From Batkoa obscura (lineage: Eukaryota): a DNA stretch of 55,641 nt. Position 1 is the first letter of the stretch. Each line of letters begins with the position of its first letter. The stretch lies in NCBI GenBank assembly GCA_030770535.1, contig JASVEC010000109.1, forward strand, positions 1 to 55,641. The letters run 5' to 3'. The notes under the pieces were generated by a model, which was given only the letters and a program-made list of their open reading frames with translations, did not search any database and was not told the origin of the DNA. Both the position numbers and the translations under genes were made by a program. Positions 10,097-19,714 of the stretch are shown piece by piece.

Positions 10097-10181
10097 GGAT
10101 AGATGACAGAGTCTGGTTTAATGTGATGCATTTGAAATGCATAGAAAGAAATTTCCTAGGGTTCGAATCCCTATCTATCCT
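10097..10181 (+). tRNA. trnS: tRNA-Ser(UGA)
   Basis: atgca-tttgaaa-tgcat; long variable arm. Confidence 0.93.
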
Positions 10182-10205
10182 TATTTTATTATATAAAAAT
10201 ATCAA

Positions 10206-10277
10206 CGGATTGCGGTCAAAAGGCTAGACGCCTTATTTGGGATAAGGAGGATACGAGTTCGAATCTCGTCAATCCGA
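10206..10277 (+). tRNA. trnP: tRNA-Pro(UGG)
   Basis: cctta-tttggga-taagg. Confidence 0.93.
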
Positions 10278-10280
10278 GAA

Positions 10281-10361
10281 GCCTACTTGGAGAAATAGGT
10301 AAACTCGAAGAATTTAAAATTCTTTGCATAAAGCTTGAGGGTTCGACCCCCTCAGTAGGTA
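10281..10361 (+). tRNA. trnL: tRNA-Leu(UAA)
   Basis: aagaa-tttaaaa-ttctt; long variable arm. Confidence 0.93.
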
Positions 10362-10435
10362 GAGAATATAGCTTAATAGCTAAGAGCATTAGACTTTTAA
10401 TCTAAGTGGTTTGGGTTGGAGTCCCAATATTTTCA
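10362..10435 (+). tRNA. trnK: tRNA-Lys(UUU)
   Basis: ttaga-cttttaa-tctaa; atypical T loop TTGGAGT. Confidence 0.9.
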
Positions 10436-10488
10436 AGGGTAGGGGTGATTCAAAGGGAGTAGAAAAGGAAAAAAGAAAAAGAAAAAAA

Positions 10489-12972
10489 ATGTTAAGTGCG
10501 ATAGTAATGATACCATTAATAGGATCATGGATTATAATGATGACATCAAATATTATGATATCTAAATTGGTTAGTTTAATTAGTTCTTTTATAGTTTTAT
10601 TAATATATGGAATAATCTGGGTAGAACATAATAGTAATAATAATTATTATCAGATAATAGGGAATGATAATAGTTATTATCCATTAAATATGGGAATAGA
10701 TAGTATATCATTATATATGATAGGGATAACAATAATATTAATACCAATATGTATATTATCAACATGGTCAACAGTAAAAGAGAATGTAAAATTATATTTA
10801 ATATTATTATTAGGATTAGAAACTATATTAATATTAGTTTTTGTATTATTAGATATATTATTATTTTATATCTCATTTGAAGCTAGTTTAATACCAATGT
10901 TTTTAATAATAGGTATATATGGGAGTAGAGAAAGGAAGATATATGCAGCATATCAATTTTTTTTAATAACATTATTAGGATCATTATTAATGTTAATGGC
11001 AATAATAATATTATATTCACAAATAGGGGTAACAGATTATCAAATATTATCAATAAGTAATATATCAAAAGAAAGAGAATATTTATTATGGTTAGCATTA
11101 TTTATATCATTTGCAGTTAAAACACCATTAGTACCATTACATTTATGGTTACCAGAAGCACATAGTGAAGCGAATATAGCAGGATCAATAATATTAGCGG
11201 GTGTATTATTAAAATTAGCAGGATATGGATTTTTAAGATATTCAATAAATATATTACCAGAAGGATCAATATATTATTTACCATTAGTATATGGATTATC
11301 AATAATAAGTATAATATATTCAAGTTTAACAACATTAAGACAAATAGATATGAAAAAAATAATAGCTTATTCTTCAATAGGTCAAATCGGCCCTTTAAAT
11401 AATGAAAATTATTTAACGCAACAAACTATATGCGGGAAATTTCAAGAAGAAAATTCGTTATTACAGAATACTAAGAATGTAAGTAGTCAGAATGATTCCT
11501 TTCTAGTAAGAATTTCTGTAATATTATGGAACAATCCGCAGATAACCAAAGCACTAAAATTAATTGTGTTAGTAGGAATCTCAGAGGCCATATGTTTGTT
11601 ATCTACAAAGAAAGAGTATTCAACATCAACAAAGAATAGAATAAAAGCTGAAAAAAGATTTAATGAATGATTAGCAGGATTAATAGATGGAGATGGTAAT
11701 TTTTATGTATCTAAAGAAGGATGATCCGTAGGATTAGAAATAACTATGGATTTGAGAGATGAACATTGTTTATATATAATAAAACAAAAATATGGAGGTT
11801 CTATTAAACTTAGATCAGGAGCCAAAGCAGTAAGATATAGATTATTACATAAAGATGGATTAATAGCATTAATACAAGATATAAATGGAAATATAAGAAA
11901 TCCAATAAGAATAGAACAATTAAAAAAAGTATGTTTAAAATATGAAATAGAAGTAAAAGAACCAATAGCATTAGAATATTCAAATGGATGATTATCAGGA
12001 TTTTTCGATGCAGATGGGAATATATCAATACATAAAGAAAACAATGTAATAATAATAGCAATAACTCAAAAAGATAAAGAAATGTTAGAACCATTAGAAA
12101 AATTATATGGAGGGAAAATATATGTGCATAATAAAAAGAAAACAGTCTATAAATGAACTATATTCATAAAAGAAGAAATAGATTTAATTAATAAAAATTA
12201 TTTCCATATAAATCCATCAAGATCTAAAAAATCAGTAAGATTAAATTTAATAGACAAATTCAATGAATTAAAGGAATTAAAATGTCATTTAGCAGAAAAA
12301 GACACTATATTAGGTAGAGCTTGGAAACATTTAGAGACTAAATGGAATGAAGGCTTTAAAGTTGAGTAGATAAAGAGATGGTCCAGCTTCGATATAATAA
12401 TCGAGGAGCACATGGGGATAGTATTATTAGGAATATTTTCATATTCAATAGAAGGAATAGAAGGATCAATGATATTAATGATAGGTCATGGATTAGTATC
12501 ACCAGGGTTATTTATAATAGTAACAATATTATATGATAGATATCATAGTAGAATAATAAAATATTATAGAGGAGTAGTATCAACTAGTCCTTTATTAGGG
12601 ATAGTATTTTTAATATTAACTTTAGCGAATATGGCAGTACCATTAACAAGTAATTTTGTAGGTGAATTATTATGTTTTATGGGTGCATTCCAAACTAATC
12701 CTATTGCTACGATTATAGCTACAATAGGGATAATATTAGGAGGGGCATATAGTATATGGTTTTATAATAGAATAACATTTGGAGAAAGATCAGTATATTT
12801 AAGAGAAATAGAGGAAGCGGATATGAATAGAAGAGAATGGAGTCAAATATTACCATTATTAATATTAATATTAATATTAGGAATATATCCAAATATAGTA
12901 TTAGAAACATTACATGTAGCAGTAAGTAATATATATTATTCAATAAAATTAAAAGGATTAATAGGATATTAG
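10489..12972 (+). CDS. nad4: NADH dehydrogenase subunit 4; exons 10489..11382 and 12409..12972
   Basis: HLWLPEAHSEA and LLKLAGYG; joins as AYSSIG|HMG. Confidence 0.96.
11383..12369 (+). CDS. double-motif LAGLIDADG endonuclease, in frame with nad4 exon 1
   Basis: WLAGLIDGDG (~11670) and WLSGFFDADG (~11990); TAG 12367-12369. Confidence 0.92.
11383..12408 (+). mobile_element. nad4 group I intron
   Basis: tatgcgggaa / aatccgcag / tcagaggcca / agatggtcc core; T|...G boundaries. Confidence 0.9.
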
Positions 12973-13044
12973 AAAGAATAAAGTACTTAAAAATGTAAGG
13001 GTACTAGGAAAGAGGGGAAAAGGTGAGAAAAAAAGAAAACAAAA

Positions 13045-15945
13045 ATGTATTTAGCAATTATAATGTTACCTTTATTAAGTGGGGTAATTATAGGTTTATT
13101 AGGGAGAAAATTAGGAACATATGGAAGTAGATTAATAGGAACAGTATCAATAATAATATGTACTATATTATCAATAGTAGGGTATTATGAAATAGCAATA
13201 TCAGAATCACCATTAAGTATATATTTATTAGATTGGATAGATACAGAATATTTAGAGATATCATGGTCATTAAATATAGATAGTTTAAGTATAAGTATAT
13301 ATATACCAGTATTAATAGTATCAACATGTGTACATATATATTCAATAGAATATATGAGTGGAGATGCACATAATCCAAGATTTTTTAGTTATTTATCATT
13401 ATTTACTTTTTTCATGTTATTATTAATTAGTGGTGATAATTTATTATTAATATTCATAGGATGAGAAGGTGTAGGTGTATGTTCTTATTTATTAGTTAAT
13501 TTCTGATTTAAAAGAATACAAGCAAATAAAGCTGCAATGAAAGCTATTATGGTAAATAGAATAGGAGATTGGGGATTAACATTAGGAATGATATTAATGT
13601 GGTGAGTATTTGGAAATTTAGAATTATCTACTATATTTAGTTTAGCACCATTAATAAATGTAGATTTAATAACAATGATAGCAATATTAGTATTATTAGG
13701 AGCAATGGCAAAATCAGCACAGATAGGTCTTCATACGTGGCTACCAGATGCAATGGAAGGTCCAACTCCAGTATCAGCATTAATTCATGCTGCGACGATG
13801 GTAACTGCGGGTGTATATTTATTAATAAGATTATCACCGTTAATAGAATATAGTACAACGGGATTATTAATAATAAGTTGGGTAGGAGGCTTAACAGCGA
13901 TATTTGCGGCAACAACAGCAATATTCCAAAATGATTTAAAAAGAGTAATAGCTTATTCAACATGTTCTCAGTTAGGATATATGGTATTAGCAGTAGGTTT
14001 AAGTCAATATACATTAAGTGTATTTCATTTAGTTAATCATGCTTATTTTAAAGCATTATTATTCTTATCAGCTGGAGCAGTAATACATAGTTTCTCAGAT
14101 GAACAAGATATGAGAAAATATGGAGGTTTAATAAATATATTACCTTTTACATATATTAGTATTTTAATTGGTTCATTAAGTTTATTAGCTATACCTTATT
14201 TAACAGGGTTTTATTCTAAAGATTTAATATTAGAAGTAGCTTATGGACAATATGAATTCCAAGGAAGTGTAGGATATTGATTAGGGACAATAACAGCATG
14301 TATAACTTCATTTTATTCATTTAGATTAATATATTTAACTTTCATTTCTTATCCTAATGGTGTAAAATATAATTATTCTCATGCTCATGAACCTTCTATA
14401 ATAATGACAATACCTTTAGTAATATTAGGTTTATTCTCTATATTCCATGGTTATTTTGCTTATGATTTATTTATTGGATTAGGATCTGGTTTATGGGGAA
14501 ATAGTATATATATATCTCCTGATCATGTTTCTACAATAGAAGGTGAATTTAGTATACCTTTATATATAAAATTATTACCTTTTTTTGGTAGTTTATTTTC
14601 TATAGCATTAGGTACATATATATATAATAATTTATCTATTATAGGAGATAAAGGAATAAAAAAAGTAATATATAGATTCTTAAATAAAAGATATCATATA
14701 GATAATATATATAATAGTTTAATAGTATCTAATGTATTTAATTTAGCTTATATAACAAGTAAAAAATTAGATAAAGGAGTATTAGAATTAATAGGAGTTA
14801 CAGCATTAGTAAAATTAGTAAATGAAAATTCTTCAAAATTAGCATCATTTGATAATGGATATATACCTCATTTAGCTTTAAATGTAATAATAGGTTATAT
14901 ATTAGTATTAGGAGGAGTGGAATATTTACCAGGAGAAGAAATAATATTAATATTAATATTAATGATGATATTAAGTAATAAAACGGAAAAAAATCCTTCA
15001 TTAACTTCAATAAAAACATTTAGTCTACATAATCAGAGAAGATTATATTCTACTAAGCCAGAACCAGAAAAGAAGAATATGGTTGATAAATCAAAGAAAC
15101 AAACTATATGGATGAAGATTAAATCACAATATAATTATTTAAATAATAAGTTTATTAAATGAACGGAAAGTCCTTATTTTACTCTTCAATTTGCTATATT
15201 ATTCGGGTTTTTTGGGTTAATACATAGTTTATATAATCAAGGATTCTTTTCATATTTAATTTCTAAAATTCAATGTATGGATGAATTAGATGAAAAAACA
15301 TATGAAGAGGATAGTAAACCTGTAATATATGATCAAGAGACAAAAGATAAAATGATTAGTGATATCGATGGAGGTTATGCTTGAATGACAGGTATGAACG
15401 CTGGAGTCGGTATATATGGAGGTGGAAAGATTCTAAGTGGAAATAAAGCGGAGCAAGCAGCAGGTGCAATAATTGTAGGTGTTTCAGCAACTACACAATT
15501 ATTAATAGAAACAGGAAAAAGTGAATTAAAAAAAGGAGTAAATAATATACCTACAGAAGAACCTATAGATAGACCATTATCTCCAAGTATATATGATAAT
15601 GAAGACATATCAAATATATTAACAAAAGAGAATATGTTACCTGGGTGACCTCAAATATTAGAATATATAAATAGTTTAGATAACGAATATAAATTAATTA
15701 TATGTATAATAAGTTATTTAATATTTGCTTATTTATCTTTTAGATTAATTCTAATAAAAAACACTCTAAATTTAAAAAGTGATCAGAAAATTGAGAAATA
15801 TTTAGGGAGTTGAAATATTAAGCCTTTATTAACTATTAAAAAATTTTTTAATAAATATAGCAATTTCTTATTATATACTATAATAATATGATGTTTAATT
15901 GGAATTTTTATATCATTATTAATATTAATAAAATTTTATTTATAA
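13045..15945 (+). CDS. nad5: NADH dehydrogenase subunit 5 with ~320-aa C-terminal extension (966 aa in total)
   Basis: [31 protein letters not shown]; track ORFs 13045/13675/14404/15385 share one frame; first TAA/TAG found at 15943. Confidence 0.93.
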
Positions 15946-16040
15946 AAGATAAAATAACCTTCCATAAGAATAGTATACAGGAAAGTGAAAAGAAGAGAAG
16001 AGTAAATGGGGGAAAAAGGAAAGGGAAAGAATGAAAAGAA

Positions 16041-17408
16041 ATGTTAATAGCAAGTATAATTATATTAATAATGGGTGTAGGGAGATCAATAAATATAAAT
16101 AGGATGACGATGATAGTGTTCTTATATTCTGCAATATTAAGTATACATATGACAGATATGGATATAATTAATTCAGGAATAGGGATATATAATGGATTAT
16201 ATATAGTAAGTCCACTAAGCCAATATATAGAAAGTTATATATATATAATAGCAGGGGTGGCAATGGTAGTAGCACAAAGAACAAGAAGTGAATATAGTTT
16301 AATAATATTATTAGTTACAGTAGGTATGAGTAGTATAATAAGTAGTAATGAGATAATAAGTATATTAATAGGGATAGAATTACAGACATTAGGATTATAT
16401 GTAATAGCGACAATAAATAGAGAATCAGAGAGAGCAACAGCAGCGGGATTAAAGTATTATTTATTAGGAGGATTATCATCATGTATAATAGGATTAGGAT
16501 TAAGTATGATATATGGGATAACAGGGGTAACAAATATAGAAGAAATAAATATAATAATAAATATAAATAAAGATATAAATATAATAGTACCAATAGTATT
16601 AATAACAGTAGGATTATTATTTAAAATAGGAGCAGCACCATTTCATAATTGGTTAGCAGATGTAATAGATGGAGTACCGACAATTATATCTACATGATTA
16701 GCAGTAGTATCAAAAATATCAATAATAATATTATTATATGTATTATATAATAATATATTTATAAATATAAATAATAGTATAATAATAATAAGTATAATAT
16801 TATCTTTAATAGTAGGATCATTAGTAGGGATAGTACAATATAGAATAAAAAGATTATTAGCATATAGTAGTATAGCACATGCAGGATATATATTAATAGG
16901 GATAATAATAAATAATAATATAGGGTTAACAGGGTTAATATTTTATATAATACAATATACAATAACGATATTAAATATATTTATAATAATAATAGCATAT
17001 AGTGAGATAGTAGAAGGGAATAAATCAATAGAATATATATCTCAATTAAAAGGAATACATAAAAGAAATCCATTATTAGCGATAAGTTTAGCAATATGTT
17101 TATTTTCATCAGCAGGAATACCACCATTTATAGGATTTTTTGGGAAATTAAATATATTATATTCAGCAATAGATACAGGATATTATTTAATAACAATAAT
17201 AGGGATATTAACAAGTATAATAAGTGGATATTATTATATAAAAATAATAAAAGTAATGTATTTCCATCCTTTAAAAATTAAAGAAACAAAAGGGATATCA
17301 GAGAATAGTTCAATAGTTATATCAATAATAACATTTATAATAGTATTATTTATAATAAGTCCAGAGGATATATATAATAGTATACAGATAATATCAAATA
17401 TGGTATAG
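16041..17408 (+). CDS. nad2: NADH dehydrogenase subunit 2
   Basis: LFKIGAAPFHNW, IKRLLAYSSIAH, SSAGIPPFIGFFGK; TAG 17406-17408. Confidence 0.95.
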
Positions 17409-17416
17409 TAAGCGGA

Positions 17417-17496
17417 GCGGATATGATGAAAATGGTAAACATGGCATATTTAGGATATGTTGGGTAACTTTGCAGGTTCGAGTCCTGCTATCCGTA
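17417..17496 (+). tRNA. trnL: tRNA-Leu(UAG)
   Basis: gcata-tttagga-tatgt; long variable arm. Confidence 0.92.
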
Positions 17497-17578
17497 GGAG
17501 GAGGTGTGAACACGAAGAGCTAGGAAAGTGAAAGAGAAGGAGGGGAAAAGAGAAAAGAAGGGAAGAAAGCAGAGGTAA

Positions 17579-17818
<240 letters not shown>

Positions 17819-17866
17819 TTTAAAAAAAAAAAAAAAGAAATCAAGAATTATAAGAAGAAAATATTA

Positions 17867-18019
17867 ATGCCACAATTAATACCATTATATTTTATAAATC
17901 AAGTAAGTTATTTATATATAGTATTTATAATATTATTATATATAATATCTAAATTTATCTTACCTTTTTTCCCTAGATTAGGAGAAATAAGAGAAACATT
18001 AATAAAAGGTAGAAGATAA
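17867..18019 (+). CDS. atp8: ATP synthase subunit 8 (50 aa)
   Basis: MPQLIPLYFINQ N-terminus. Confidence 0.95.
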   Translation: MPQLIPLYFINQVSYLYIVFIILLYIISKFILPFFPRLGEIRETLIKGRR

Positions 18020-18030
18020 AAACCTTCCAA

Positions 18031-18522
18031 TTAAAGAATTAAAATAATAGGAGCTAACATAGCTAATAATAAAACAAGACTAGCTAAAAGTAACCAAAGA
18101 GAGAAAGAAGAATAAAGAGGATAAGCTAAAGAAGTTAATTGATGAGAAGAGTTAAAGAAAGAAGATCAAGGAGAATGAGAGAAAAAGAAAAAGTTGAAAG
18201 AATCAAAAAGGAAGAAGAAAGAGAAATTAGAGAATAAGAAAAATAGGAAAATAAGACTAGCAATAGGTAAGAAATTAGAGAAAAGATGATTAGTTAAGAA
18301 TTTAAGATTAATCATCATAACAACAAATAAGAATAAAATAGCAATAGCACCAACATAAATAAGAAGATAAGTAATACCAAGGAAACCAATACCTAAGGAA
18401 ATAAGATAAGAAGAAGTGAAAGTAAATAAAGAGATAAAACCAAGAACAGCATAAATAGGATTAGAAGAAGAGATAGTAAGGAGAGTAGAAAAGAAAGTAA
18501 ATAAAATTAAAAAAAATTTCAT
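18031..18522 (-). CDS. nad6: NADH dehydrogenase subunit 6 (163 aa; the only minus-strand protein gene)
   Basis: YVGAIAILFLFVVMM; reads through TGA at 18166 to LASLVLLLAMLAPIILIL*. Confidence 0.93.
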
Positions 18523-18566
18523 ATTAAATGTGTGTAAAAAATCAAAATAACAAAAATCAAAGAGGA

Positions 18567-18637
18567 AGCCATCACTAGGAATTGAACCTAGATCAAATCA
18601 TTAACAGTGATATGCTTTACCATTAAGCGATGATAGC
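18567..18637 (-). tRNA. trnN: tRNA-Asn(GUU)
   Basis: reverse complement tatca-ctgttaa-tgatt. Confidence 0.9.
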
Positions 18638-18638
18638 T

Positions 18639-18711
18639 TGACTCCTGCCTGAATTGAACAGGCTTCTGAACAATGAAAGTGTACTATCCTAACCATATAG
18701 ACTAAGGAGTC
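18639..18711 (-). tRNA. trnE: tRNA-Glu(UUC)
   Basis: reverse complement gtaca-ctttcat-tgttc; GACTCCT/AGGAGTC acceptor. Confidence 0.9.
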
Positions 18712-18783
18712 GTGCGATAAGTTGACTTGAACAACTACTAAAAGGACATGAGCCTTTTGTGCTACCATTTACACTAAATCGCT
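18712..18783 (-). tRNA. trnM: tRNA(CAU), probably initiator Met
   Basis: reverse complement aaagg-ctcatgt-ccttt; unpaired 1:72. Confidence 0.82.
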
Positions 18784-18827
18784 AAATATAAATATAGTGA
18801 AAGGAGAGAAAAAAAACTTTTATAAAA

Positions 18828-18899
18828 GGCAAATATAATTTAAAGGTAGAATAACAGTATGTGAAATTGTCTGAATAGGTTCAAATCCTATTATTTGCC
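18828..18899 (+). tRNA. trnH: tRNA-His(GUG)
   Basis: acagt-atgtgaa-attgt; encoded G-1. Confidence 0.9.
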
Positions 18900-18900
18900 A

Positions 18901-18972
18901 GACTAGATAACATATAAGGGAATGTATTGGATTGCAAATCTAAAGAGGAGTGTTCGATTCACTCTCTAGTCT
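18901..18972 (+). tRNA. trnC: tRNA-Cys(GCA)
   Basis: ttgga-ttgcaaa-tctaa. Confidence 0.9.
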
Positions 18973-19044
18973 GCGAATAGAGATCGATGGTAGATTATCT
19001 GCCTTCCAAGCAGTATGGTATGGGTTCGAATCCCATTATTCGCA
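18973..19044 (+). tRNA. trnG: tRNA-Gly(UCC)
   Basis: tctgc-cttccaa-gcagt. Confidence 0.92.
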
Positions 19045-19113
19045 GGCGGTATAGTTTAAAGTAAAACACTCATTTCATAAGTGAGAGATAAGAGTTCAAA
19101 GACTTTACCGCTA
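19045..19113 (+). tRNA. trnM: tRNA(CAU), Met or Ile; weak T stem
   Basis: ctcat-ttcataa-gtgag; GGCGGTA/TACCGCT acceptor. Confidence 0.78.
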
Positions 19114-19114
19114 A

Positions 19115-19188
19115 ACTCGTTTAGCTTAATAGGATAAAGCATTAACCTTCTAAGTTAAGGAGTATAGGTTCAAATCCTATAACGAGTA
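19115..19188 (+). tRNA. trnR: tRNA-Arg(UCU)
   Basis: ttaac-cttctaa-gttaa. Confidence 0.93.
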
Positions 19189-19258
19189 GGATTTGTAGCT
19201 TAAAGAAAGTATTTGCTTGTCGAGCAAAAGGTTGCCGTTTCGAAGACGGTCAAATCCG
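19189..19258 (+). tRNA. trnD: tRNA-Asp(GUC)
   Basis: tttgc-ttgtcga-gcaaa. Confidence 0.88.
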
Positions 19259-19408
19259 GGGAAAATAAAGAAAGTCCGAGATATAAGAAAAAAATAATAA
19301 AAAATTATATAGTAGAAGCTAAATAAATAAATAAGTGAATGAAAAACGTAGAATAAATATACTAGTAAATAAGATAAAAAAAATAGTATTCGGCTTATAG
19401 AGAATCCA
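19259..19408 (+). ncRNA. rnpB: RNase P RNA, highly reduced (~150 nt)
   Basis: CR-I GAAAGTCCGA (19270-79) pairs with CR-V TCGGCTTA (19390-97) to form P4 with the bulged U; lies between two tRNAs. Confidence 0.82.
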
Positions 19409-19481
19409 TTGGATGTAGCCAAATAGGTTAAGGCATCATAGTTTGAGTATGACAATGTAGGTTCAAGTCCTGCCGTCCAAT
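19409..19481 (+). tRNA. trnQ: tRNA-Gln(UUG)
   Basis: tcata-gtttgag-tatga. Confidence 0.9.
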
Positions 19482-19553
19482 GCTTTGGTAACTCAAAGGT
19501 TAGAGTAACAAATTGAAAATTTGTAAGTATTGGTTCAATTCCATTCCAAGGCA
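19482..19553 (+). tRNA. trnF: tRNA-Phe(GAA)
   Basis: acaaa-ttgaaaa-tttgt. Confidence 0.92.
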
Positions 19554-19555
19554 TA

Positions 19556-19627
19556 GCCGAATTAGCTTAATGGTAAAGCCTACGTTTTGTAAACGTAAAA
19601 ATAAGTGTTCGAGTCATTTATTCGGCA
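19556..19627 (+). tRNA. trnT: tRNA-Thr(UGU)
   Basis: tacgt-tttgtaa-acgta. Confidence 0.92.
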
Positions 19628-19714
19628 GGGAGTAGTAAGATTGACCATAAAAATAATGGTATGGATAGTAATAGCAAGGAGTCAAGGAGAATTGAAGAAG
19701 ACAAAAAAAAATAA

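Noticed and set aside
10039..10488. ORF 10039..10227 and the upstream extension of nad4 from 10411; likewise 23624..23863
   Set aside because: They overlap tRNA genes; nad4 starts at 10489
13045..14403. nad5, cob, cox1 and nad2 appearing split or pseudogenised
   Set aside because: All breaks are TGA at Trp positions, and a tRNA-Trp(UCA) is present
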